DNA of 55,110 bases. Source: a virus. Taxonomy: Duplodnaviria; Caudoviricetes. The notes under the pieces are model-generated. The model made no database searches. It saw only the letters and a list, made by a program, of their open reading frames with translations, and was not told the DNA's origin. Position 1 is the stretch's first letter. Each line of letters starts with the position of its first letter. Positions 1 to 8,305 of this stretch are shown one piece after another. Made by a program: the position numbers and the translations under genes. The stretch lies in IMG/VR virus record IMGVR_UViG_3300018476_000016, positions 1 through 55,110 of that record, one strand, 5' to 3'.

Positions 1-123
1 GAATCAAAGACGAGACGGGTAGACGGAGAGAACCATGCGACATTGGTGGATCCGAGCCGCCCAGGGGGGAGGGCACCTTGTTCCGGGGGAGGGGTGGGGG
101 GTAAGGTGGGGGGATGAGGAGAG
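1..123 (+). repeat. Left terminal inverted repeat (123 bp)
   Basis: 1-123 is the exact reverse complement of 54988-55110; identity stops after ...GGGATGAGGAGAG. Confidence 0.97.
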
Positions 124-434
124 AGAGCGAAGAGAAGCTCACCCGCCAGGGGGAGGAGATGTTGTCCACCTTCCTGGCTTACGTGGACGGTTACCGCATG
201 GGCCTCCAGGACTGCCAGGGCGACCTGGACCGCGTCATGGAGGCCGAGGGTGTCGGGCTGACCGGACTACAGGTGGCAGCGGCACTGTCCGCCCGGATCG
301 CCCAGTCCGACACTGAGGCCAAGCGGACCCAGGAAGGGTTCCTTGCCCGCCGACAGTTGATGACGTCCAGGGACGACGACCAGGAGTACCGCGACGCCTA
401 CCGCGCCATGGAGATCCAGTCGGGGGACACGTGA
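114..434 (+). CDS. Hypothetical protein (start codon inside the terminal repeat)
   Basis: 106-aa ORF, high GC3, overlaps the next gene (GTGA). Confidence 0.7.
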   Translation: MRRESEEKLTRQGEEMLSTFLAYVDGYRMGLQDCQGDLDRVMEAEGVGLTGLQVAAALSARIAQSDTEAKRTQEGFLARRQLMTSRDDDQEYRDAYRAMEIQSGDT

Positions 435-823
435 TGAGGGTCCTGGTGGCCGGGTCACGCACGTGGGGTGACGAGGAGAGCGTCAACCGGGTCCTGCAAT
501 GGGCCTACGGGCTGGCGGTCGCGTCGGGCCGGTGGCAGTTCACCGTCGTGGAGGGTTGCTGCCCGACTGGCGCGGACCGCCACGCCACGAACTGGGTGAC
601 CAGGCATGCGGGCAAGTGGAACGTGGTCCCGATGAGCCTGGAGCACCACCCGCCCAAGGGTCACGGGTCGCTGTACCTGAAGCAGCGCAACGTGGGGATG
701 GCGGACTCCAGGCCGGACCTGGCGTTCGTGTTCATGAAGGGCCAGACCCCGGGCAGTATGCACATGATCGATGAGTTGGCGCTTCGTGGGGTAACCACCT
801 ATGTGGTCCCATGGACGAAGTGA
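431..823 (+). CDS. SLOG-family (YspA/DUF2493-like) protein
   Basis: MRVLVAGSRTW..., VVEGCCPTGAD, RNVGM, GSMHMI motifs typical of phage SLOG proteins. Confidence 0.8.
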   Translation: MMRVLVAGSRTWGDEESVNRVLQWAYGLAVASGRWQFTVVEGCCPTGADRHATNWVTRHAGKWNVVPMSLEHHPPKGHGSLYLKQRNVGMADSRPDLAFVFMKGQTPGSMHMIDELALRGVTTYVVPWTK

Positions 824-837
824 GAGGAGGGGCAACC

Positions 838-1083
838 ATGTCCCAGTGGACCAAGAGCACGCACAGCACCACCGACGTGACCTGCCTGGAGGTGAGTCCC
901 CGTTGGGTGAAGTCCTCGCGGTCGGCGAACCAGGGCCAGTGCGTGGAGGCGTCCAGGCCGACCGATCAGGTCGTGGCGGTCCGTGACAGCAAGGAGCAGC
1001 ACCCGGGGGGCACCGTCCTGGTGTTCACCGGCAACGAGTGGACCACCTTCGTCGAGGGTGTCAAGGGAGGCGACTTTGACTAG
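838..1083 (+). CDS. DUF397 (BldB-like) protein with duplicated N-terminal motif
   Basis: WTKSTHS..CLEV and WVKSSRS..CVEA, VAVRDSK, LVFTGNEWTTF; GAGGAG RBS. Confidence 0.9.
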   Translation: MSQWTKSTHSTTDVTCLEVSPRWVKSSRSANQGQCVEASRPTDQVVAVRDSKEQHPGGTVLVFTGNEWTTFVEGVKGGDFD

Positions 1084-1300
1084 CAAGCACACTGCCTGGG
1101 TCGACTGGGACGGTGCCGTGTGGCGTAAGTCCACGCGGTCCGGTCCGTGGACCGACAACTGTGTCGAGGTGGCGTTCGTCGAGGGCCTGATCGGCGTACG
1201 CGACAGCAAGGACTTCACCAAGGGTGTCCTCGTGTTCACCCGGGGTGAGTGGGACGCGTTCGTGGCCGGTGCCAAGGACGGGGAGTTCGACCTCGCATGA
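1076..1300 (+). CDS. DUF397 (BldB-like) protein
   Basis: WRKSTRS..NCVEVA..GVRDSK..LVFTRGEWDAFVAGAKDGEFD; TTG start after GGAGG. Confidence 0.92.
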   Translation: MTSKHTAWVDWDGAVWRKSTRSGPWTDNCVEVAFVEGLIGVRDSKDFTKGVLVFTRGEWDAFVAGAKDGEFDLA

Positions 1301-1500
1301 GTGACGGGCCATGTGGCCCGTGGGAGGGGTCGCCGGGGACCGTGTCCCTGGCGACCTTCCATTTGATGGGGCCAGACGTGTACATGTACGACCATGACGG
1401 AGAACTCAGACTCATTGCTCGTGCGCAGATACGATCGGTGGTCAACGAGTTGATTCAGAGAGGGAGGGACACCCATGGGGTGGCAGGAGGAACTACGTAA
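1297..1500 (+). CDS. Hypothetical protein
   Basis: ATGA coupling to the upstream gene. Confidence 0.5.
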   Translation: MSDGPCGPWEGSPGTVSLATFHLMGPDVYMYDHDGELRLIARAQIRSVVNELIQRGRDTHGVAGGTT

Positions 1501-1744
1501 GGAACTGGACCAACTGGATGACGTGGAGGCGTTCGTGGCGTCAGGGGAGTGGATTTCCCAGATCACCCACGAGATCCTCCCCCAGTTGTGCCGTGCCCGT
1601 CGCCTTGCGGTCGTCGGTGTCCTGGGGCGTGAGGACTGGGACGCGCAGAAGCTCGCTGACAGTGTGGGCTCCCGGCGTACCACGATCATGCGGCTGGCCG
1701 AGGACGGTCGGGCGATGATGCGCGCCGAGCAGCGTGCGGCATGA
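1475..1744 (+). CDS. Hypothetical, possible HTH DNA-binding protein
   Basis: WDAQKLADSVGSRRTTIMRL is HTH-like; GGAGG RBS. Confidence 0.55.
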   Translation: MGWQEELRKELDQLDDVEAFVASGEWISQITHEILPQLCRARRLAVVGVLGREDWDAQKLADSVGSRRTTIMRLAEDGRAMMRAEQRAA

Positions 1745-1854
1745 GCGACTGGCTGGCCGCGACCCTCGGTGTGGTGTGCGGGGCGGCGTGCCTGGCCGCA
1801 GCCGTGGTGGTGTGCGCCGTGGCCCTGTACAAGCGCTCGGGTCGGCAGAAGTGA
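1741..1854 (+). CDS. Small membrane protein
   Basis: MSDWLAATLGVVCGAACLAAAVVVCAVALYKRSGRQK read directly from the sequence; ATGA coupling. Confidence 0.55.
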   Translation: MSDWLAATLGVVCGAACLAAAVVVCAVALYKRSGRQK

Positions 1855-1855
1855 C

Positions 1856-2071
1856 ATGCCCGCCTACCGGGGCAGGGGACGGCGGTGCCCGCACTGCCAC
1901 AAGGGGCTCTACCGCACGTACCGCATAGCCCACCACGCCATGATGCGGCTACCGGTACGCGGTCGGGTGTACTGGCACCCTGAGGGTGGCGGCTACTGCA
2001 TCACCTCGATCGACTCTTCCGAGTACGACCGACGCCGGGCCGGAGCCATCGACACCCCTCCAGGTGTATAG
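1856..2071 (+). CDS. Hypothetical CxxC protein
   Basis: MPAYRGRGRRCPHCHK... Confidence 0.6.
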   Translation: MPAYRGRGRRCPHCHKGLYRTYRIAHHAMMRLPVRGRVYWHPEGGGYCITSIDSSEYDRRRAGAIDTPPGV

Positions 2072-2078
2072 TTAAGAT
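2049..2078 (+). promoter_or_regulatory. Putative sigma70/HrdB-type promoter
   Basis: TCGACA-N18-TAAGAT (overlapping TATAGT) in an AT-rich patch. Confidence 0.5.
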
Positions 2079-2153
2079 GTGACACGGGGCTCACAGCCTC
2101 CCGGGGGCGGTCGTAGACGCACAGCCAAGTCGCGGCCGACTCCTGGGTCACCA
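2079..2153 (+). ncRNA. Candidate structured leader or small RNA
   Basis: GTGAC/GTCAC closing stem, hairpin 2086-2100, 13-bp bulged stem 2101-2113/2133-2146; CACAGCC occurs twice. Confidence 0.4.
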
Positions 2154-2177
2154 TGAGGAGAGGGGAGGGGGACCTGA

Positions 2178-2420
2178 ATGCCGTCCAAGTGCACCAGGTC
2201 CAGCCAGTTGCAGCACTTCGGGTGTCCCGCGTGCCACCCACCAGGGGTGGCCGACAAGTTCCGGTCCCTGTGCCACGTCGTGGTGACCGCCACGTCACAG
2301 GACCCGTCCGACGCCATCGGTGACCGGGTCGCCAAGCCCGAGGACTGCATCGTGTGCACGTCCATGGACTCGTGCCCCGACTGCGGTCGGTGGCTGTCCT
2401 GGCGGGGTGTCACGTGCTGA
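2178..2420 (+). CDS. Cys-rich hypothetical protein
   Basis: CPAC, CIVC and CPDCG motifs. Confidence 0.6.
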   Translation: MPSKCTRSSQLQHFGCPACHPPGVADKFRSLCHVVVTATSQDPSDAIGDRVAKPEDCIVCTSMDSCPDCGRWLSWRGVTC

Positions 2421-2707
2421 GCACGGCGGAGTGGCGGCAGGCGTCCGAGGTGATCCGTGAGGCGCACAAGCGTGGCGCGGACTCGGCCGAGGACCTTGAC
2501 CGTCGCGGGATGCTGCTCACCGCACGACGCGGTAAGCAGATCCAGGCCAACACGCTGCACCGGTTCGCCGAGGAGCTACGCCAGTGGCGCCCGGACGAAC
2601 TGCTACGCAAGGTCCACACCGGGCCGTGGACGCCAGCGGAGATGCTGACCGCTGTGCACATGTTCCTGGACGAGTACATGCAGGCACTGAGCGAGGAGGA
2701 GACGTGA
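2414..2707 (+). CDS. Hypothetical protein
   Basis: Coupled ORF with phage codon bias. Confidence 0.65.
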   Translation: MLSTAEWRQASEVIREAHKRGADSAEDLDRRGMLLTARRGKQIQANTLHRFAEELRQWRPDELLRKVHTGPWTPAEMLTAVHMFLDEYMQALSEEET

Positions 2708-3270
2708 GCGCACACGACGAACTGGTCAAGTTGTACCAACTTACCCCCGAGGAGGGCCTGGACTTCCGCATTGATGATGAGGCGGTCCTGCCGGAACCGG
2801 TCGGGGACATCCGGTTGGGTGCCTGGTTCGGTGAAGCGGACCTGAAGCGGGCCATCGTGGCCCGGGTGGCCTGGCACCGGGAGCAGGACCTGCTCGTCCA
2901 GGGCACCTACCAGGAACCCTGGAGGGACGGTACCAAGTTCAAGGGATGCCTGGTCGGGTGCGCCCTGCCACTGGTCAGCGAGCACTGGATCCTTGACAGG
3001 GACCATGTCGGTGCCACGTCCCAGTGGCACGTGGTCATGGAGCGGTTCCTGAACATCCCCGTCGAGATCGGCCTGCTCCTGGACGACGTGTTCGAGGAGT
3101 CGTTCGAAGGGGACGCTCCGGACTACGCGGTGGAACTGCTCAACGCCATCCCGGTCGGCGCGGACCTGTCCCGCGAGGACCTGTGGACGGAACTGGAGCA
3201 GGAGTGGCACCGCGAGGAGCCGGACCTGCTCATCAAGGCCCTGTCCAACCTGCCCCTGGTGACGCGATGA
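2704..3270 (+). CDS. Hypothetical protein
   Basis: GAGGAG RBS, GTGA coupling; contains FKGCLVGC and AIPVGADL. Confidence 0.75.
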   Translation: MSAHDELVKLYQLTPEEGLDFRIDDEAVLPEPVGDIRLGAWFGEADLKRAIVARVAWHREQDLLVQGTYQEPWRDGTKFKGCLVGCALPLVSEHWILDRDHVGATSQWHVVMERFLNIPVEIGLLLDDVFEESFEGDAPDYAVELLNAIPVGADLSREDLWTELEQEWHREEPDLLIKALSNLPLVTR

Positions 3271-3500
3271 CGTTCCTGTGGGAGGAGACGCAGCCGCAGC
3301 CCCGCCTGTACGAGTGCGGGCACTGCGGCCGGATGACCGGCGACTACGAGGGTGGCAGTGCCCAGTACAACTGGACCCACCTGTGCCACCCGAACACGGA
3401 TACCCGCCCCGACTGCTACCGCCTGGTCAGCATGGAGCACCACCACGTCCCGTGCGACCACGACGAGTGCGTCGCCGACCGTGCCGAGCGTGGGCTGTGA
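3267..3500 (+). CDS. Cys/His-rich hypothetical protein
   Basis: ATGA coupling; CGHCG, LCH, CDHDEC. Confidence 0.65.
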   Translation: MTFLWEETQPQPRLYECGHCGRMTGDYEGGSAQYNWTHLCHPNTDTRPDCYRLVSMEHHHVPCDHDECVADRAERGL

Positions 3501-3694
3501 GGGGCTTCGTGGTCACGGCGGGCGCTGCGCTGCTCAGCGTCTTCGCCAACGGCTACCTGTTCATGCTCCTGGTCGGTCTGGTCCACAACCGGTGGCTGCC
3601 GGTCGTGCCGACCATCGGGTACTGGACCGCTACCGGGTTGGTGGCTCTGGCCACCGGCATCTGGGGGATGCCCGGGAAGGGGAAGGAGTCATGA
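3497..3694 (+). CDS. Membrane protein
   Basis: Two hydrophobic segments; coupled start. Confidence 0.65.
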   Translation: MRGFVVTAGAALLSVFANGYLFMLLVGLVHNRWLPVVPTIGYWTATGLVALATGIWGMPGKGKES

Positions 3695-3903
3695 GCAACT
3701 CAGACAAGCGGTTCGTGGCCATGTGTGTCGGGATCGCGTCCCTGGTGACCCTGGTCGTGTCCACCCTGGTCATCATCTCGGACTGGAGGACGATCCTGGT
3801 GTCGGGCGCTGGCCTGGTCATCGGGTTCCTGGTCCTCAACGGGTTCATGGCCGCGCTGGACTGGGTCAGCCACAAGGTGTGGCCATCGGAGAAGGAGCGG
3901 TGA
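3691..3903 (+). CDS. Membrane protein
   Basis: Two hydrophobic segments; AAGGAG RBS. Confidence 0.7.
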   Translation: MSNSDKRFVAMCVGIASLVTLVVSTLVIISDWRTILVSGAGLVIGFLVLNGFMAALDWVSHKVWPSEKER

Positions 3904-3904
3904 C

Positions 3905-4141
3905 ATGGTCCCGGACCTGCGCTGTGACCACTTCGAACGGTGCGGCAACTCGCGGATGGCAGTCAACGACAAGGACTACACGTACCTGGTGGCCAGGGCA
4001 GCCGGCTGGCACATCCTGGACGGGGTAACGCAGGGTGGCTCCCCGATCCTGGCCGTCCTGTGTCCCGACTGCGCTGGCAACGGACGCTACGTGCGTCCCA
4101 GGGCACCGAAGCACCTGGACGGCGAACAGCAATTGTTCTAG
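3905..4141 (+). CDS. Zn-binding hypothetical protein
   Basis: CD..C ... ARAAGWH ... LCPDC pattern. Confidence 0.7.
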   Translation: MVPDLRCDHFERCGNSRMAVNDKDYTYLVARAAGWHILDGVTQGGSPILAVLCPDCAGNGRYVRPRAPKHLDGEQQLF

Positions 4142-4169
4142 ATGTATCGATGTAATGACGGAGGGGGGA

Positions 4170-4292
4170 ATGGTGGGCGAAGACGAGGTCCCAGGCATGA
4201 TCGGGATCATCCTGGTGGTTGGCCTGACCCTCATCGGGTTCGTGTTCGGCTGCTACGAACTGTGGGACCTGCTCCACGGCAGGACCAAGTGA
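4170..4292 (+). CDS. Small membrane protein
   Basis: Single TM segment. Confidence 0.55.
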   Translation: MVGEDEVPGMIGIILVVGLTLIGFVFGCYELWDLLHGRTK

Positions 4293-4306
4293 GACGAGGG
4301 GGAAAC

Positions 4307-4420
4307 ATGGGAGGACCGATGGACGAGGAACCGAAGCCGTTGGCGTTCGGGTGTGCGGTGCTGTTCGTCCTGGCCATCTTCGTGGCCGCACTGCTCGGCG
4401 CCATCCAGTTGGCACGATGA
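4307..4420 (+). CDS. Small membrane protein
   Basis: Single TM segment; coupled to the next gene. Confidence 0.55.
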   Translation: MGGPMDEEPKPLAFGCAVLFVLAIFVAALLGAIQLAR

Positions 4421-4755
4421 TGAACAAACCCCTGCCCATGAAGGTGGTGGTCCTGTTCCTGGTCGTGTACTTCGCGGTGTTCAGCGCCCTGATGCTGGCG
4501 TGTAGCGAGGACCCGGTCTCGGTACGGCCGGTGGACAGTCCAACGGTGGCCACCACCTCGGTCGCCCCCACACCGAACGTCACGAAGGTGGCCAGGACCA
4601 AGGCACCTAAGGCCACCTCGGAACCGGACACGGACCGGCGCTACCCGACTTGCACTGAGGTCCAGGCCGCAGGGCTCGGACCGTATGTGCGCGGGAAGGA
4701 TCCCGAGTACCACTGGTACAGGGATGGCGACTCGGATGGGGTGGCCTGTGAGTGA
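4417..4755 (+). CDS. Excalibur calcium-binding domain lipoprotein
   Basis: Hydrophobic leader ending MLAC, Thr/Pro linker, YPTCTEVQAAG..P...YRDGDSDGVACE. Confidence 0.85.
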   Translation: MMNKPLPMKVVVLFLVVYFAVFSALMLACSEDPVSVRPVDSPTVATTSVAPTPNVTKVARTKAPKATSEPDTDRRYPTCTEVQAAGLGPYVRGKDPEYHWYRDGDSDGVACE

Positions 4756-5047
4756 GCGTGAACCCCGCCCCGGTGCGGAGATCCGTGCCGGGGACGGGGA
4801 CCCCCGCCACGGGACCCTGAACGGGTACTGCAACCTCAAGTGCAACTGCGGCGACTGCCGTCGCCGTTGGTCGGACTACACCACTACCGCGAAGAAGGAA
4901 CGGGTGCCACCACCACCGGGCGACGACCGCCACGGCCGGTACACCACGTACGGGAACTGGAACTGTCGCTGCGACCCGTGCACCGAAGCCCATGCCGACC
5001 TGAACGCACTGTGGCGTGAGCGTCGTCGCGCGAAGGGCGGTCGCTGA
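4748..5047 (+). CDS. Phage protein with two HG..Y....CxC..C zinc repeats
   Basis: HGTLNGYCNLKCNCGDC and HGRYTTYGNWNCRCDPC. Confidence 0.75.
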   Translation: MSEREPRPGAEIRAGDGDPRHGTLNGYCNLKCNCGDCRRRWSDYTTTAKKERVPPPPGDDRHGRYTTYGNWNCRCDPCTEAHADLNALWRERRRAKGGR

Positions 5048-5391
5048 TGTACACGGTGTACGTGGCCATCGGGAACTCCGACGACAAGCTGTCCCAGCCG
5101 CAGTGGTCCAAGTTCTGGCGGGCCGTCAACAGGTGCGTACGCGGGGAACACAACCACGTCCACTTCTCCGGGTGCTCCGACAGCAGGGAGCCGTGGCAGA
5201 ACGCCATGTGGTGCGTGGAGGTGGCGGACGCACAGACGGTCCACGGTATGAGGGAGTATCTTAACAGGGTCCGTGTGGAGTACAATCAAGACAGCATCGC
5301 ATGGACCTGCGTGCTCTCTGAGCACCTTGAGTTCATATCCGAGACGCCTGAGGAGGCAGTCAATGGCAGTGCCACAACGCAAGAACCCTGA
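5047..5391 (+). CDS. Hypothetical protein
   Basis: TVYVAIGNSDDKLSQ..W..PWQNAMW..QDSIAW; TGATG coupling. Confidence 0.75.
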   Translation: MYTVYVAIGNSDDKLSQPQWSKFWRAVNRCVRGEHNHVHFSGCSDSREPWQNAMWCVEVADAQTVHGMREYLNRVRVEYNQDSIAWTCVLSEHLEFISETPEEAVNGSATTQEP

Positions 5392-5728
5392 CGAGACCGT
5401 GGAGGTCCCGGCCGACCTGGTCGCCAAGTACCAGGAGGCCGAGGTCAACGCTTCAGCATGGGCAAAGATCCGCGACCAGTACAAGTCCCAGGTCCAGGCC
5501 CTGCTCGGGTCCGCGACCGCAGCGACCGTGGACGGTGAGCCGGTGTTCACCTACCGTCCCAGCGAGAAGTGGGCCGAGGCGCAGATCATCAAGCACTACC
5601 CGGACATGGTCCAGCACTTCATGCGCACCGAGCAGCGGGAGGTCTTCGACCTGGAGGCGTTCCGCATCCGCCACCCGCAGATCGCCGAGCAGTACCGGGT
5701 GCGCACCTTCCGGGCGGTGAACGTATGA
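5363..5728 (+). CDS. Hypothetical protein (resembles the C-terminal part of YqaJ-associated phage proteins)
   Basis: GAGG RBS; FDLEAFRIRHPQIAEQYRV..R.F motif. Confidence 0.7.
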   Translation: MAVPQRKNPDETVEVPADLVAKYQEAEVNASAWAKIRDQYKSQVQALLGSATAATVDGEPVFTYRPSEKWAEAQIIKHYPDMVQHFMRTEQREVFDLEAFRIRHPQIAEQYRVRTFRAVNV

Positions 5729-6687
5729 GCCACCACGGCATCCTGGTGTGCCTGGACAAGTCCCACCTCGAACTCGATGAGGCACTGACCCTGGCGCTTG
5801 CCCCGTTCGATGAGAACATGTCGGTCGAGCCGCACCGTGACTACGTGCAGGGTGGCCCGGCCGACTTCTGGATGACCGAGTACCTCACCAAGCAGGGCTG
5901 GGACTTCAGCGGAGGTGACCTGACCTGGCTGCGGGTGCATTCGGCCATCAAGGCCACCTCGGACCTGGACGAGGGCGGGGAGTACCTCTATGACGAGGAC
6001 ATGGACCGCATGTACGTCATGTCCACGTACAACCCGCAGTCCAAGTGGGACTGGTGGTCGATCGGTGGCCGCTGGAGCCAGGCCCTCGTCACGGTCAAGG
6101 ACCCGGACCCGACCCTGCTCATCAACGCGGTCGAGGGTGGCAACCACGGTTGGCGTCCACGCCCTCAGGCGGGTCGGCTACGTGCTGACGGTGCACGGAT
6201 GGACCAGGTGTTCTGGGACGCGATGCGGGCCGAGCGCCGTGACGACGTGGCGCGGATGTGGGACGTGTGGGTGGACCAGGTGGTCGCAAAGACGCCACCC
6301 CTGGTCCACCGTTGGTCGGACCTGGCTGACCGGGCGAAGATGGGCGACGCCACCTGGGACGAGGTGCGTGCCTTGTACAACTCCCAGCCACGGGTGGCAC
6401 GTCTGCGTGACAAGGAAGTCCTGGACGTGCTCGGCTACATGGTCAACGCTGAGGCGTACGAGTACGGCAACCGCGACGACGACCTTGAGGTCGCCTACCG
6501 TGAGGGCGGGCTCCAGTACGCCACCCTCACCAAGGAGGGTCAGTGGATGGACCCGGGTGACATGGGCTGGTTCGGCATGTCCAACGACACCCCGGACTCC
6601 CGGCACGTGTACTTCAACGAGGCCCGTCGCTACGTGGACGGCCTGGACCCCCATGACTGGGTGGTCGTCGTGGACGTGCACATCTGA
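5725..6687 (+). CDS. Conserved phage hypothetical protein
   Basis: YNPQSKWDWWSIGGRWS, GDMGWFGMS, VVVDVHI end. Confidence 0.8.
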   Translation: MSHHGILVCLDKSHLELDEALTLALAPFDENMSVEPHRDYVQGGPADFWMTEYLTKQGWDFSGGDLTWLRVHSAIKATSDLDEGGEYLYDEDMDRMYVMSTYNPQSKWDWWSIGGRWSQALVTVKDPDPTLLINAVEGGNHGWRPRPQAGRLRADGARMDQVFWDAMRAERRDDVARMWDVWVDQVVAKTPPLVHRWSDLADRAKMGDATWDEVRALYNSQPRVARLRDKEVLDVLGYMVNAEAYEYGNRDDDLEVAYREGGLQYATLTKEGQWMDPGDMGWFGMSNDTPDSRHVYFNEARRYVDGLDPHDWVVVVDVHI

Positions 6688-7202
6688 TGGAGGGGCGAGA
6701 TGCGTACGTCCCCATCCTCACCTTCACCGTCCTTGGTCGACCAGTGCCGCAGGGCTCTGTTCGCAACCTCGGGAAGGGGCGCCCGTCCATCCACGGCAAC
6801 GCTGACGACCTCATCCCCTGGCGCAACCAGGTACAGCTTGCCGCCGAACAGGCCATCCGAACTGTCCACGGGGCTGACGGTCTCCTTGACCGTCTTCTTG
6901 CCAGCGACAGCCAGCCAGTGTTCCCGGTCCTTGACGCGGTCTCAGTGGTATGCAACTTTACCTGGCCCAAGCCAACCGCAGCCCCCAAGCGACGCAAGAC
7001 CTACCCAGTGTCTCGTCCCGACTCGGACAAACTGGCACGGGCGGTCCTTGACTCGCTGGGCTTCGCGGGTGTCTACAAGGACGACAGTCAGGTCATCGAC
7101 CTGAGGTCGACCAAGTCGTACCCGAACGAGGGGCCGTGGGCGCTGCACGTGCCCGGGGTCAAGGTGACCGTGTACCGCATCGTGTGGATGGAGGAGGAGT
7201 GA
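6687..7202 (+). CDS. rusA: RusA-family Holliday junction resolvase
   Basis: GRPVPQGS, RPDSDKLARAVLDSL, YKDDSQVIDL. Confidence 0.92.
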   Translation: MEGRDAYVPILTFTVLGRPVPQGSVRNLGKGRPSIHGNADDLIPWRNQVQLAAEQAIRTVHGADGLLDRLLASDSQPVFPVLDAVSVVCNFTWPKPTAAPKRRKTYPVSRPDSDKLARAVLDSLGFAGVYKDDSQVIDLRSTKSYPNEGPWALHVPGVKVTVYRIVWMEEE

Positions 7203-7204
7203 GC

Positions 7205-7744
7205 ATGGACCAGGTGTTGTTGGAGTCCGGGCAGGTGCTCCAGGTCCACGAGAGCGCCAACTGTGTCGGGGAGTGGTGTGCGGTGCACCGTCCCCAGCCC
7301 GGACCGTGGGAGCGGTGGCCACGGCACTGGGACGCCGAGGCGGGGATCATCGAGCGGGAGTGCCCGCACGGTGTCCGGCACCCGGCGACCGAACTGTACG
7401 ACTGGTTCATTGGCCAGGGCCGTGCCGCTGACCTGGCCCACGGGTGCTGCCCGGACTGTGTGTGTGCGGCACGGGCGGGCAAGCGGCTGATGGACGGTGG
7501 CTGGGTCCTGGCCAAGCCGGACGCGAACCCCGTGCCACCTGCACAGATGGTCCTCCAGGCCCCGGACATCCCCGAAGGTCTGGGGGAGTCCACTACGTTG
7601 GAGGCTCTGTCCCTGGTCCGGGAACTCTGGCCGGACCACGGGCAGGAACAGATCATCATCAGCAAGGACCAGTGGACGCGGTTGCGCCGGGTGCTCCTGA
7701 ACTTCCCGGCGCTGTGGACGGAGGTTACGAGCAACCATGGATGA
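7205..7744 (+). CDS. Hypothetical Cys/His-rich protein
   Basis: CAVH, ERECPHGVRHP, HGCC..C.C. Confidence 0.7.
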   Translation: MDQVLLESGQVLQVHESANCVGEWCAVHRPQPGPWERWPRHWDAEAGIIERECPHGVRHPATELYDWFIGQGRAADLAHGCCPDCVCAARAGKRLMDGGWVLAKPDANPVPPAQMVLQAPDIPEGLGESTTLEALSLVRELWPDHGQEQIIISKDQWTRLRRVLLNFPALWTEVTSNHG

Positions 7745-8291
7745 GTTCTTATCCAGCCCGGTGTGGCTGTACGCGGTCCTGGTGACCGGTGGTTTCTTCG
7801 CAGGGCTGGCCGCCTGCGGGGCCGGGCACATGTACCGGCTGTGGGTCGAGGACAAGGCCAAGCCGGCCGAGGCCCTGGACCTGGAGGGCGGGTTCGGCTA
7901 CGACGAGGACCGCGATGTCACCCGCATCATGGTGGGCCTGACCGGGGAGATACCGGTGGTCGCGGGCATCGTCGTGGAGGTCGAACCGATCCTTCGCGAA
8001 CCACCTCTCGTGTTCCCGCTGGTCAACGCGACAAAGTCCGGTTCGTCCCGTTACCAGGAACTGTCGTACCTGTCGGGGGGTGGGTCAACCTACCCTTGGG
8101 CCGGTTCGTCGCCCCACAGCGCCGCGCCGCAGGGCGCAACACCCCTCCAGCGCAACGGCCCCGGTGTGCATCGCGCCCAGAACCTCGTGGACCACACGCA
8201 AGAGATCGACGTCAACGAACTCTGGAAGATGATCAATACCGAGGAGGGACTGGCCGCGTGGCAGGCGCACTGGGCAACCGCAAACGGCTGA
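7737..8291 (+). CDS. Membrane-anchored hypothetical protein
   Basis: N-terminal TM segment. Confidence 0.65.
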   Translation: MDEFLSSPVWLYAVLVTGGFFAGLAACGAGHMYRLWVEDKAKPAEALDLEGGFGYDEDRDVTRIMVGLTGEIPVVAGIVVEVEPILREPPLVFPLVNATKSGSSRYQELSYLSGGGSTYPWAGSSPHSAAPQGATPLQRNGPGVHRAQNLVDHTQEIDVNELWKMINTEEGLAAWQAHWATANG

Positions 8292-8305
8292 GGGACGGGG
8301 CCGTC

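Noticed and set aside
1-60. Archetypal Streptomyces telomere
   Set aside because: Lacks the CCCGCGGAGCGGG start and the series of GCA-loop palindromes; no Tap/Tpg-like genes recognised
35-316. ORFs beginning MRHWWIRAAQGG at both ends
   Set aside because: A by-product of the terminal repeat; better starts exist at 114, 54997 and 54899
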